Source: an uncultured Candidatus Saccharibacteria bacterium (lineage in GTDB: Bacteria > Patescibacteriota > WWE3 > UBA101185 > UBA10185). From it: a stretch of 24,000 nucleotides of DNA. Of the stretch, positions 8,870 to 17,805 are shown piece after piece (within the stretch, counting starts at the first letter, position 1; the number at the start of each line of letters is the position of its first letter). The stretch lies in NCBI GenBank assembly GCA_964496005.1, contig CAZBWW010000013.1, positions 4,099 through 28,098 of the forward strand, in the 5' to 3' direction. The position numbers were made by a program, and so were the translations under genes. The notes beneath the pieces are model-generated. The model was not told the DNA's origin, searched no databases, and worked only from the letters and a program-made list of their open reading frames with translations.

Positions 8870-8885
8870 CCATAATTACAACTAT

Positions 8886-10064
8886 ATGAAGAGAACCGCA
8901 AACCGAAAAAAATATGCAGGGCAAAAAAAAGTGGACAAGGGACTCCTTTCGTTAATTGCAGCCTTTTTACTTTTTGGGTTAATTATTATTTACGATGTTA
9001 CAGTTGTGCTTTCTCAAGGGCTATATGGAAATGCTTATGGTTTTGCGGTATTGCAGCTGGCGTGGATTTTAGTCGGGTTAGCGGGTTTTTTTGTGTTTTT
9101 GAAACTTGACCTGGAAGTCATTAAAAAATTATCTGTAGTATTGTTTGGCATTACTTTATTTTTTTTGATTGTTTTGGCGTTTTTTGGTGTTCTTCCGTGT
9201 GATGTTGATTTTATATTCGCTCCATGTGTAAACGGTGCAAATAGATGGATTTATTTTAATCCACCGCCTTTGCCTAGCCTTCCTATTTTGGGTGTTTTGG
9301 GCTTTCAGGCTAGCGAGCTTGCTAAATTCTCACTAATCTTATTTTTATCCGCGAGTCTGGAAAAAGCGATAAAAGAAAAAAGAAACGCATTTGTGGTTTT
9401 TGCCGGAATTACGGGATTAACCGCGGTACTAATATTATTACAGCCAAACCTGTCTACTGCCGCGCTTGTCTTTGCGATAGGTACTGTTATTTATTTTGCT
9501 TCCGGTGCAAGTTTAAAACCAATTTTGATTTCTTTTCCAATAATCGGTGTTATCGGACTAACTGCCATGCTTACATTTTCTCATACACGTGAAAGATTGA
9601 TGACCTTTTTTGCATTCGGCGGCGGTAGTACTGATTTATCAACAGGCTATCATATCAAACAAATTTTAATCGCACTTGGGTCGGGTGGTTTTTTTGGGTT
9701 AGGCTTTGGGCAATCACGGCAAAAATTTCAATATTTACCGGAAGTCTTTTCGGATTCTATCTTTGCGGTAATAGGAGAAGAATTAGGTTTTGTTGGCACT
9801 ACTTTTTTAGTTCTATTATTTGTCGCGTTAATTTATAAAGGATATATTATTGCAAAAAATACCGACGGTTTATTTGAGAAAATGGCGGCAGTTGGAGTGA
9901 CCACCTGGATCGCATTACAGTTTTTCGTAAATGTCGGTGCGATGACCAAAATAATTCCGCTTACAGGTATCCCGTTGCCATTGATTTCATATGGCGGCTC
10001 GTCCCTCGTCTTCATGCTTATGGGACTTGGTGTTCTAGCTAATGTGTCTAAAACACGACAGTAA
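8886..10064 (+). CDS. ftsW: SEDS-family peptidoglycan glycosyltransferase FtsW
   Basis: About 10 TM segments. Motifs FQASELAKFSLILFLS, QPNLSTAALVF, SDSIFAVIGEELGFVG, PLTGIPLPLISYGGSS. The position between mraY and murG favours FtsW over RodA. Confidence 0.9.
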   Translation: MKRTANRKKYAGQKKVDKGLLSLIAAFLLFGLIIIYDVTVVLSQGLYGNAYGFAVLQLAWILVGLAGFFVFLKLDLEVIKKLSVVLFGITLFFLIVLAFFGVLPCDVDFIFAPCVNGANRWIYFNPPPLPSLPILGVLGFQASELAKFSLILFLSASLEKAIKEKRNAFVVFAGITGLTAVLILLQPNLSTAALVFAIGTVIYFASGASLKPILISFPIIGVIGLTAMLTFSHTRERLMTFFAFGGGSTDLSTGYHIKQILIALGSGGFFGLGFGQSRQKFQYLPEVFSDSIFAVIGEELGFVGTTFLVLLFVALIYKGYIIAKNTDGLFEKMAAVGVTTWIALQFFVNVGAMTKIIPLTGIPLPLISYGGSSLVFMLMGLGVLANVSKTRQ

Positions 10065-10065
10065 G

Positions 10066-10074
10066 TGCTAAAAT
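10066..10074 (+). promoter_or_regulatory. Extended -10 element TGcTAAAAT, 6 nt upstream of the murG ATG
   Basis: TG at 10066-10067, c at 10068, TAAAAT at 10069-10074. The spacer ctactc is followed by ATG at 10081. It lies immediately after the ftsW stop (10062-10064). No SD is present. Confidence 0.35.
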
Positions 10075-10080
10075 CTACTC

Positions 10081-11184
10081 ATGAAACTTGTAATAACAGG
10101 TGGACATCATAGCTCAGCACTGCCAGTTATCAAAAAACTTAAACTTAAGTATCCGCAGCTGGAAATTGACTGGTTAGGGCATAAGCATTCTGCCAAGGGT
10201 GACAAAACGCCTACACTTGAATTTCAGGAAATTACAGGTATGGGTATCCCGTTTCACAATCTGTACGCGGGTAAGTTGTATCGTACATATAATCCGGTGA
10301 GATTGGCTAAAGTACCTTTTGGAGTTTTGCATGCTTTATATTTACTAATTAAATTACGGCCGACGGTAATTTTATCTTTTGGTGGTTATTTAGCTGCACC
10401 TACGGTTATTGCTGGATACATATTAAGGATCCCATCACTTACACATGAGCAAACAGTGGTAGCGGGCTATGCAAATAAAATAATAGCTAAATTTGCACGC
10501 AAAATTATGATTTCCTGGCCTCAATCTGCTAAGCATTTTCCACAAGAAAAGGTAGTTTTTACCGGAATTCCCTTACGACCGGAAATTATGACGGCTACCT
10601 CGGATTTACTCGAATTAACTCCGGATCTACCCACCTTATATATCACTACGGGTAAAACCGGAGCGCATAAAATTAATTTGGCTGTTGAAAACAGTCTCGA
10701 TCAGCTACTAGGTATATGTAACATAATTCACCAGTGCGGATCGCATTCACAGTATAAGGACTTTGAGACATTGACACAGCAATGCAAAAATATCACACCT
10801 AAACCTGCTGGCAAATACGTTTTAAAAAAATTTATTTTTGAAACTGAAATAGGTGAAGTGTTTCATAAAGCTGATGTATTGCTTACACGGGCTGGTGCGC
10901 ACATAACCGCGGAAGTACTTGCTTTAGAAAAACCGGCAATTTTGGTGCCGATTCCGTGGGTGTCGCATAACGAACAGTATGAGAACGCAAAAATTGTAGA
11001 GTCAGCTGGACTCGGTGTCATATTAGAAGAAAAGGATCTAACCCCGCGAACGCTTTATAATACTGTGAAGCAAGTCCTTGTTACCAGGAATCAGTTTAAA
11101 ATTACAAGCGCTGAGACAAAAATGCTTGTAAGGTCAGATGCAGTTGATTTAATAGTTGAGCAGGTTTCCCAGTTTTTAAAATAA
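10081..11184 (+). CDS. murG: Undecaprenyldiphospho-muramoylpentapeptide beta-N-acetylglucosaminyltransferase MurG
   Basis: N-terminal VITGGHHSSALPV (divergent G-loop), THEQTVVAGYANK, LTRAGAHITAEVLALEKPAILVPIP, HNEQYENAK. Sits in the dcw position after ftsW. Confidence 0.9.
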   Translation: MKLVITGGHHSSALPVIKKLKLKYPQLEIDWLGHKHSAKGDKTPTLEFQEITGMGIPFHNLYAGKLYRTYNPVRLAKVPFGVLHALYLLIKLRPTVILSFGGYLAAPTVIAGYILRIPSLTHEQTVVAGYANKIIAKFARKIMISWPQSAKHFPQEKVVFTGIPLRPEIMTATSDLLELTPDLPTLYITTGKTGAHKINLAVENSLDQLLGICNIIHQCGSHSQYKDFETLTQQCKNITPKPAGKYVLKKFIFETEIGEVFHKADVLLTRAGAHITAEVLALEKPAILVPIPWVSHNEQYENAKIVESAGLGVILEEKDLTPRTLYNTVKQVLVTRNQFKITSAETKMLVRSDAVDLIVEQVSQFLK

Positions 11185-11211
11185 AAATTACCAAAAAAGT
11201 CTATTTTCAAA

Positions 11212-12018
11212 ATGATTAGAACTACACAGATCTATCAAGAAAAAAAAGCCCCAAAAAGAAGAAAAATTCCCCATGGGGTAGATAAAAAAAGGATTTTTTG
11301 GCGGAAATTTGGCAAAGTGGTTAAAGCATTAATTATCAGTCTTTCAATATGCGGTTTTGTTTTGGCATTTTATGAAATTGTTCTGAATTCGGGTACATTC
11401 AGGGTGTCAAAAATTGAGATATCGGGTACTAATACTTTTGTGAACGAAACTGATTTGGAAAATCTTGTGCATGGGAAGGTGAGTGGAAAACATATTGCCT
11501 CACTTAATACAGAAATTGTCCAAAATTTGCTTAAAGATAACTTTCTTGGTGCAAAAAATATAACTGTGACAAAAAAACTGCCTAATACTGTTGTTGTTAC
11601 TGTTCAGGAACGAGTACCGCTTGCTGTTGTGAAGAGTGAGAAAGGCAACGATTACTTTATGGTTGATGAAGATGGGTACGTGTTGGGGTTAGTAAATGCG
11701 GAAACTACAAACCTGCCGAAAATTGCGTATGAGGGTGAGCTATATGTTGGGTATTTTATTGACAAAGATCTAATTCCTCTTTATCTTGGATTGTTGACCA
11801 ACCTGGATTCCGAAAAAATTCCAGCAAGTTCGGTCAGTGTAAGCGATAGGTACGTGAGTTTTTATATTGCTGGACCGACTCAGGTATTTGTAGGTAAAGA
11901 TAAAGATATTATGAGCTCAATAAAACTACTTGCGGAATTGGTGAAACAACTTGGTTTAGAAGGAAAAGACGTCAGGAAAATTGATTTGCGGTATGATAAA
12001 GTAATAGTACAATATTAA
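11212..12018 (+). CDS. ftsQ: Cell division protein FtsQ/DivIB (POTRA domain)
   Basis: Basic N-terminus, a single TM helix (VVKALIISLSICGFVLAFYEIVL), and a POTRA-like segment FRVSKIEISGTNTFVNETDL ... NITVTKKLPNTVVVTVQERVPLAVV. Located between murG and ftsA. Confidence 0.8.
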   Translation: MIRTTQIYQEKKAPKRRKIPHGVDKKRIFWRKFGKVVKALIISLSICGFVLAFYEIVLNSGTFRVSKIEISGTNTFVNETDLENLVHGKVSGKHIASLNTEIVQNLLKDNFLGAKNITVTKKLPNTVVVTVQERVPLAVVKSEKGNDYFMVDEDGYVLGLVNAETTNLPKIAYEGELYVGYFIDKDLIPLYLGLLTNLDSEKIPASSVSVSDRYVSFYIAGPTQVFVGKDKDIMSSIKLLAELVKQLGLEGKDVRKIDLRYDKVIVQY

Positions 12019-12029
12019 ATATTGTCTTT

Positions 12030-13283
12030 ATGCCCAGGGAAAAAATTATTACAGGTATAGATATCGGCTCCACGAAAATCAGCACCATAATTGTTGCGCT
12101 AAATGAGAGTAAAATTTCAGTAATTGGGGTGTCAGGCGCTGTTCCATCAAAAGGAGTAAATAAAGGATATATTGTTGATATAGACGATACAGTAGAGTCC
12201 ATTTCTAAAAGTTTGGAACGCGCAGAAAGAATGGCGGGCGTGTCAGTATCTTCGGCATTTGTAACAGTCAGCGGAAGTCACATAAAAACTCAAAATTCTC
12301 ACGGTGTTGTTGCAGTTTCCGGACCTAACTCCGAAATCACACAAGAAGATGTATACCGGGTAACCGAAGCTGCACAGGCCATAAGTTTACCTTCTACCGA
12401 AGAGCTAATTCATGTTATTCCGCGGGACTTTGTGGTTGATTCCCAAGACGGTGTGCGAGATCCGGTAGGAATGAGCGGTATTCGGATGGAAGTGGATACA
12501 AACATAATCTATGGGTCATCAACCTCGATGCGTAATTTGGCAAAGTGTGTACAGCAGGTGGGGGTTGAGGTACAAGACATGGTGTATACAGGCTTAGCAT
12601 CTTCGGAGGCGGTATTGACTGATACCGAACGAGAATTAGGTACATTACTAATTGATATCGGTGGTGGAACTACTGCCATTATTGCGTACACAGATGGTAG
12701 TCCATGTTATTCTGCGGTTTTACCTATTGGTGCGAGGCATGTGACACACGATTTAGCCATTGGTTTGCGTACACGGTTGGACGAGGCAGAAAGAATCAAA
12801 CTTAAGCTAAGCGAAGGAAAAAATACCTTTATGTCGATCGATCATGGCAGAGACGACGACTTTTTAGACGTGTCGGAATTTGGACTCGAAGAAGAACGGC
12901 TCCCCAAAAAATTTTTATATGAAGTAATTGATGCAAGATTAAACGAAATCTTTAAATTAGTATCATTGGAAGTTGAAAAAGCAGGGCTTACAGGAAAGCT
13001 TCCTGCAGGTGCAGTTATTACCGGTGGTGGGGCTCTTACCGCTGGTGTGGAGCGTGTTGCGAAACGGTCACTGAAAACCCCGGTTAGAGTCGGAGCTCCA
13101 CAAGGCGTTACCGGGTTAATTGACGAAATTCAAGGCCCTGCGTTTTCGGCATCAATTGGCGCTGTTTTGTATGGCTATAAAGCTATTAGAAGCGGTAACG
13201 ACTTGTCATTTGATGCCGGCAAGGGTAATATAGTAGGTGCTTTTAAGAATATATTTAAAAAAATAAGATCATTCCTGCCCTAA
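12030..13283 (+). CDS. ftsA: Cell division protein FtsA
   Basis: Actin-fold motifs ITGIDIGSTKIS, LLIDIGGGTTAIIAY, AVITGGGALTAGV. C-terminal amphipathic tail GNIVGAFKNIFKKIRSFL. Confidence 0.95.
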   Translation: MPREKIITGIDIGSTKISTIIVALNESKISVIGVSGAVPSKGVNKGYIVDIDDTVESISKSLERAERMAGVSVSSAFVTVSGSHIKTQNSHGVVAVSGPNSEITQEDVYRVTEAAQAISLPSTEELIHVIPRDFVVDSQDGVRDPVGMSGIRMEVDTNIIYGSSTSMRNLAKCVQQVGVEVQDMVYTGLASSEAVLTDTERELGTLLIDIGGGTTAIIAYTDGSPCYSAVLPIGARHVTHDLAIGLRTRLDEAERIKLKLSEGKNTFMSIDHGRDDDFLDVSEFGLEEERLPKKFLYEVIDARLNEIFKLVSLEVEKAGLTGKLPAGAVITGGGALTAGVERVAKRSLKTPVRVGAPQGVTGLIDEIQGPAFSASIGAVLYGYKAIRSGNDLSFDAGKGNIVGAFKNIFKKIRSFLP

Positions 13284-13302
13284 TGTTAGTTTGTAATTTT
13301 TT

Positions 13303-13335
13303 GAAATGTACTTTCGTTGGTGATAGTACATTTTT
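13303..13335 (+). promoter_or_regulatory. Perfect 9-bp inverted repeat (hairpin) in the ftsA-ftsZ spacer
   Basis: AAATGTACT (13304-13312) pairs with AGTACATTT (13325-13333). The loop is 12 nt (ttcgttggtgat). The 3' arm runs into a T tract (13331-13335). It lies 15 nt upstream of the ftsZ ATG and overlaps a TTGAAA -35-like hexamer (13301-13306). Confidence 0.4.
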
Positions 13336-13349
13336 ATGTGTGGTGAGCA

Positions 13350-14453
13350 ATGTTTGTTAAACCAGAGATTGAAAGATTTGCAAAAATAAGAGTCGTAGGC
13401 GTAGGTGGTGCCGGGTGTAATTTTTTAAATACGCTTATAGAATCAAAACAAATCCAGGGTGTTGAATTTATTGCAATAAATACGGATGCTCAGGCGCTTT
13501 CAATTAATAAATCCTTTGTCAAAATTCCAATCGGACAGGAACTTACCGGCGGTTTAGGTGCCGGGGCAAACCCCGATATTGGCAAAAAAGCTGCCGAAGA
13601 GTCTGAAGATCAGATCCGCGCAAATTTAGCGGATTCGGATATGGTGTTTATTACTGCAGGTATGGGTGGCGGAACCGGAACCGGGGCAGCTCCCGTTGTA
13701 GCCAGAATTTCACACGAATTAGGCGCTTTAACTATAGGGGTTGTTACAAAACCGTTTTTATTTGAAGGTGTAAAAAGACTGGAAAATGCTGAAGCAGGTA
13801 TTGCTGAGCTAAAACGTGAAGTCGATGCGCTAATCGTAATACCGGATGAAAAACTGTTAGAAATTGCTGACGAAAAAATGTCAATTATTGATGCATTTAA
13901 AATGTCGGACAGTGTGCTAAGCCAGGGCGTACAGGGAATATCCGACTTGATAGTAATGCCGGGGTTAATAAATGTGGATTTTGCGGATGTTAAGGCAATT
14001 ATGAAAGATGCAGGGTCAGCATTAATGGGTATTGGTATCGGAACCGGAGATAATCGGGCAGTAGAAGCCGCGCAAGCCGCTATTTCATCACCGTTGTTGG
14101 AAGTATCTATTGATGGCGCGACCGGAGTGCTTTTTAACGTTATTGGAAGTTCTAATCTTACGATGAGAGAGGTTAACGATGCGGCGAAAATTATTAATGC
14201 AGAGGCCAGTCCGGACGCAGACATTATTTTTGGAACAACTATTGATGAAAGTATGGGTGATCAGGTAAAAATCACAGTTATTGCAACCGGGTTTGATCAG
14301 GATGCACAGCTTCGCAGCAGGCTGACTGTAGTACAAAGTCCGCAACAAACACCACCGCCGGTAACTTCTACAAACCAACCCAAACAAGATAAGGAAGCGC
14401 AAGATGAAAAAGATAGTCAATACGATATTCCGGCGTTTTTGCGTGGCAGATAA
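13350..14453 (+). CDS. ftsZ: Cell division GTPase FtsZ
   Basis: Motifs [22 protein letters not shown], tubulin signature [15 protein letters not shown], and the conserved C-terminal peptide YDIPAFLR after a P/Q-rich linker. SD-like GGTGAG sits 5 nt upstream. Confidence 0.97.
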   Translation: MFVKPEIERFAKIRVVGVGGAGCNFLNTLIESKQIQGVEFIAINTDAQALSINKSFVKIPIGQELTGGLGAGANPDIGKKAAEESEDQIRANLADSDMVFITAGMGGGTGTGAAPVVARISHELGALTIGVVTKPFLFEGVKRLENAEAGIAELKREVDALIVIPDEKLLEIADEKMSIIDAFKMSDSVLSQGVQGISDLIVMPGLINVDFADVKAIMKDAGSALMGIGIGTGDNRAVEAAQAAISSPLLEVSIDGATGVLFNVIGSSNLTMREVNDAAKIINAEASPDADIIFGTTIDESMGDQVKITVIATGFDQDAQLRSRLTVVQSPQQTPPPVTSTNQPKQDKEAQDEKDSQYDIPAFLRGR

Positions 14454-14634
14454 GCTTTAAATCATAATTTTTCCATAACATTATAATTGCGGTTAGTGGT
14501 TTACGGGATTCTAATATGCTTATATTAATAAGTCTGGTTTGCAGTAAAAATAGGTTAAAAAGTTAATCGATTTCCCAGATCAATAGTCTTCTCGGCAGTG
14601 TAAGCTTATTGATCCGTGATATCCTCGTTTTTTT

Positions 14635-17169
14635 ATGAATTGGCTAAACCCAAAATCTTTGCCGAAGTCTACCGATGTTAAAAAATTGGCAGCCGGAGCT
14701 AAAGCAGAAAAAAATAGCACGATTGAATTAAGTGAAAATTCCAGGACAATTTTAGAAAAAAGATATTTACTGAAAAACCCGGACGGAACACCTGCGGAAA
14801 CTGTAGAGCAAATGTTTGAGAGAGTGGCAACGGTTGTTGCAGCGCCTGACGCACCTTACCGAGATGTTAAAACCACCGAAATTGAATTTTATAATTTATT
14901 AAGCACAAAAAAGTTTTTTCCTAACTCACCTACATTTAGTGGTGCGGGTACTCCTTTAGGGCAGTTAGCAGCCTGTTTTGTTTTACCCATTTCTGACGAT
15001 TTAGGCAAAGAACGCGATGGAATTTTTACAACTTTGCATGTTGCCGCTCTAATACAGCAAACAGGCGGCGGAAACGGATTTTCTTTTTCAAGTTTAAGGG
15101 AACGAGGTGCGAATGTTTCGTCCAGTAACGGGAAAGCAACCGGGCCTGTTGGCTTTATGAGTGTGTACGACCGCGCATTTGGGGAAATTGCACAGGGCGG
15201 AACGAGACGCGGTGCCAATATGGGAGTTTTGAGAGTAGATCACCCGGATATTAGAGAATTCATTAAGTGTAAAGCAGAAGAAGGTTCGATTTCTAATTTT
15301 AATATTTCAGTCGCAATTACTGATGAGTTTATGAAAGCAGTTAAAAATGACGAAACTTACAATTTGGTAAGTCCTAATACAGGTAAAATTATAGAGTCTC
15401 CGCGCGCACGGGAAATTTTTGAAATGATAGTTGAGTATGCATACACGAATGGAGAGCCCGGAGTATTATTCATAGATGCTGCCAATAGGACAAACCCTGT
15501 TCCGCACCTTTACAAACTGGAAGCTACAAATCCATGTGGTGAGCAGTGGCTTGGGCCTTACGAAAATTGCTGCTTAGGGTCTATAAATTTAGGTCAACAT
15601 TTAGATGAAAATGGCATCCTTGATTGGGATGCGTATCAGGAATCAATAGAGCTGTCCACACGCTTTTTGGATAACGTTGTAACCGCAAACGGTTTTGTCC
15701 CTGAAGTTCCGGAATTACGTGAGGCCGCAGACAATTGTAGAAGGATTGGACTTGGGTTTATGGGTTTAGCTGATGTTATGTACTCAATGGGTATTAGATA
15801 CGGTAGCGAAGAAGCCCAAGAATTTGCTGCCCAAGTAACCGAGTTTATGCGTTTCCATTCAATGAAAACATCAATAGAGCTGGCACGTGAACGTGGACCA
15901 TATTTAAAAATTGGAGGAAGCATTTATGATCCAAATAATATGGCGTGGGTTACACCTCAGCCGTTAAAACCGTACACAAGAAATTTTGGCAGACCGCAGA
16001 TTGATTGGGCTGAAATCTCATCGGGTATTAAGAAATATGGCATAAGAAACGCCGCAACAACTACAGTTGCCCCGACAGGTACAATCTCAACAGTCGCAGG
16101 CGTAGAAGGGTACGGGTGTGAACCTGTTTTCGCATTGGCATATATGAGAAACGTATATCAAGCGGCCGGAAATCAGGAAAAACTAACATTGACCTATGTA
16201 AGTCCGGCATTCGAGTATGCGATAGATACACTTGATCTGCCAAAGGAAGCAAAAGAAAAAGTAATAGAACAGGTCGTACAAACCGGTACGGTTCAAGGAA
16301 TTGAGGAGCTTCCGCAAAGACTAAGAGATGTGTTTGTTGTTTCGGGTGATGTTACAGCAGACGAGCATATTTTGATGCAGGCATCAATCCAGGCATTTAT
16401 AGATAACTCCATCTCAAAAACATGTAATTTTCCTGAAACGGCTACTAAAGACGATGTAGCGAAAGCCTATATGCGCGGGTGGGAGCTTGGGTGCAAGGGT
16501 TTGACGGTTTACGTTGCCGGAAGTAGACAAGAAGTAGTTTTAGAGACGAAAGCCACACAAGAAAAGAAAAGCTCAATTGACGCGCCTGTTAAACCACACG
16601 TTACTGATAGGGGATATAAATTAACCGGGTGCACTTATAAAGTGCGTACACCTCAAGGTACAGCATTTATTACAGTGAATAGAGATCAAAATGAACAACC
16701 GTTTGAAGTTTTTGTAAGTGTGGGTAAGGCGGGTACGGATTTGGGGGCGCTGTCCGAGGCTCTTGGTAGAGCGCTATCCGGATGGTTGCGTGCATCTTAC
16801 GAACCAATCTCTACAGTAAAAGAAATAATATCGCAATTAAGCGGAATTGGTGGAGCAAGATCTATAGGGTACGGCAAAAGTAAGGTTAGCTCAATGCCAG
16901 ACGCTGTGGCCAAAGTTTTAGCGGAAGAATTTGGAATTGAAGTTATGAATAATGGAAATGGGAGCAATGGGCATGTTGGACACGATGACAGTGAGAAGGT
17001 TCTCGGCGCAAATAACAGTCAAGCAGAGCAACCTGTGGGTCAATCTGATATATCTTACAAAAACGAGCTGTTTACGCACATAGACATGTGTCCAGACTGT
17101 GGAAACGCTTCTTTAATAAAAGAAGAGGGGTGTGCAAAATGCTACGAATGCGGTTATAGCGTGTGCTAA
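14635..17169 (+). CDS. nrdJ: Class II (adenosylcobalamin-dependent) ribonucleoside-triphosphate/diphosphate reductase NrdJ
   Basis: Motifs [14 protein letters not shown] and QLAACFVLP; active site [21 protein letters not shown]; [15 protein letters not shown]-like segment [32 protein letters not shown]. Cys-rich C-terminal tail [18 protein letters not shown]. No ATP-cone and no intein-sized insertion. Confidence 0.95.
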   Translation: MNWLNPKSLPKSTDVKKLAAGAKAEKNSTIELSENSRTILEKRYLLKNPDGTPAETVEQMFERVATVVAAPDAPYRDVKTTEIEFYNLLSTKKFFPNSPTFSGAGTPLGQLAACFVLPISDDLGKERDGIFTTLHVAALIQQTGGGNGFSFSSLRERGANVSSSNGKATGPVGFMSVYDRAFGEIAQGGTRRGANMGVLRVDHPDIREFIKCKAEEGSISNFNISVAITDEFMKAVKNDETYNLVSPNTGKIIESPRAREIFEMIVEYAYTNGEPGVLFIDAANRTNPVPHLYKLEATNPCGEQWLGPYENCCLGSINLGQHLDENGILDWDAYQESIELSTRFLDNVVTANGFVPEVPELREAADNCRRIGLGFMGLADVMYSMGIRYGSEEAQEFAAQVTEFMRFHSMKTSIELARERGPYLKIGGSIYDPNNMAWVTPQPLKPYTRNFGRPQIDWAEISSGIKKYGIRNAATTTVAPTGTISTVAGVEGYGCEPVFALAYMRNVYQAAGNQEKLTLTYVSPAFEYAIDTLDLPKEAKEKVIEQVVQTGTVQGIEELPQRLRDVFVVSGDVTADEHILMQASIQAFIDNSISKTCNFPETATKDDVAKAYMRGWELGCKGLTVYVAGSRQEVVLETKATQEKKSSIDAPVKPHVTDRGYKLTGCTYKVRTPQGTAFITVNRDQNEQPFEVFVSVGKAGTDLGALSEALGRALSGWLRASYEPISTVKEIISQLSGIGGARSIGYGKSKVSSMPDAVAKVLAEEFGIEVMNNGNGSNGHVGHDDSEKVLGANNSQAEQPVGQSDISYKNELFTHIDMCPDCGNASLIKEEGCAKCYECGYSVC

Positions 17170-17238
17170 GACAGAGGTGAGCAGTTTTTCTTGTTAACTA
17201 CTAGCTGCGTGACTTTATTTCCAAAACTAACCTATAGG

Positions 17239-17247
17239 TGATATTAT
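17239..17247 (+). promoter_or_regulatory. Extended -10-like element TGaTATTAT, 9 nt upstream of the adenosyltransferase ATG
   Basis: TG at 17239-17240, a at 17241, TATTAT at 17242-17247. A 9-nt spacer precedes the ATG at 17257. Confidence 0.3.
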
Positions 17248-17256
17248 GCATAGCGT

Positions 17257-17805
17257 ATGGCAATATATACAAAAAGAGGCGATAAAGGTAATACCGAGCT
17301 TGTAGGCGCGCGTGAATGCTCTAAAGCGGATCCGGTTTTTGATGTACTTGGAAATATGGATGAACTAAACGCAAGTTTAGGATTTCTTTCCAAATCACGT
17401 CTTACGGATGTTATTAAAATAATTGACGGTATTCAAGACGACTTGTTCTGGATTGGGGCGCGCCTTGCGAACAAAACCACACAAGAAAAAGACTTTGATC
17501 CTATTCTTCTTCGAGTTTCCGAGATTGAGAAAACAATCGATACTTACGAGGCTAAGCTACCGAAGTTAACAAATTTTATTTTGCCCGGTGGTACGGAGCC
17601 TGCCGTCAGGTTGCACTTTTGTCGAGTTGTTTGTAGAAGGTGGGAACGATCTGCGGTAAAATATTTTACACGTAATCCTGGTGCAAGTGGTAGGGAACCG
17701 GTACTAATTTACGCAAACAGATTGTCAGATTTATTATTTGTACTCGCGCGCTATGCGAACAAAAAAAATGGTGTAAAGGATAAAATCTGGAAAGGGAATT
17801 TATGA
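17257..17805 (+). CDS. PduO-type ATP:cob(I)alamin adenosyltransferase
   Basis: Motif set IYTKRGDKGNTEL, MDELNASLGF, IQDDLFWIGARLA, FILPGG, LHFCRVVCRRWER, NRLSDLLFVLARY. This is typical of the PduO/MMAB-type adenosyltransferase domain. Confidence 0.9.
   Translation: MAIYTKRGDKGNTELVGARECSKADPVFDVLGNMDELNASLGFLSKSRLTDVIKIIDGIQDDLFWIGARLANKTTQEKDFDPILLRVSEIEKTIDTYEAKLPKLTNFILPGGTEPAVRLHFCRVVCRRWERSAVKYFTRNPGASGREPVLIYANRLSDLLFVLARYANKKNGVKDKIWKGNL

Noticed and set aside
12009-12025. 17-bp perfect palindrome ACAATATTAAATATTGT spanning the ftsQ stop codon, just before ftsA.
   Set aside because: It consists almost entirely of A/T. My rough estimate is that about one such palindrome is expected by chance in 24 kb of this composition. 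I noted it but do not consider it evidence of a site without conservation data.
13610-14224. 204-aa minus-strand ORF, plus 14088-14420 (110 aa).
   Set aside because: Both are entirely antisense to the unambiguous ftsZ gene. The sequences are low-complexity (S/A/I/P-rich) with no motifs. They are classic shadow ORFs.
14516-14566. 16-codon ORF MLILISLVCSKNRLKS in the nrdJ upstream region. Likewise a TTG-initiated 16-codon ORF at 17191-17241 that follows an SD-like GAGGTGA after nrdJ.
   Set aside because: Neither has a codon bias relevant to the downstream gene, an adjacent terminator or alternative structure, or other support. Such ORFs are expected by chance.
14454-14634. Cobalamin riboswitch or NrdR boxes upstream of nrdJ.
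   Set aside because: There is no B12-box-like GCCACUG core or conserved riboswitch helices, and repressing a B12-dependent enzyme with B12 would make little regulatory sense. The two AT palindromes do not fit the 16-bp NrdR consensus, and their 36-bp spacing does not match the usual 31-32 bp.
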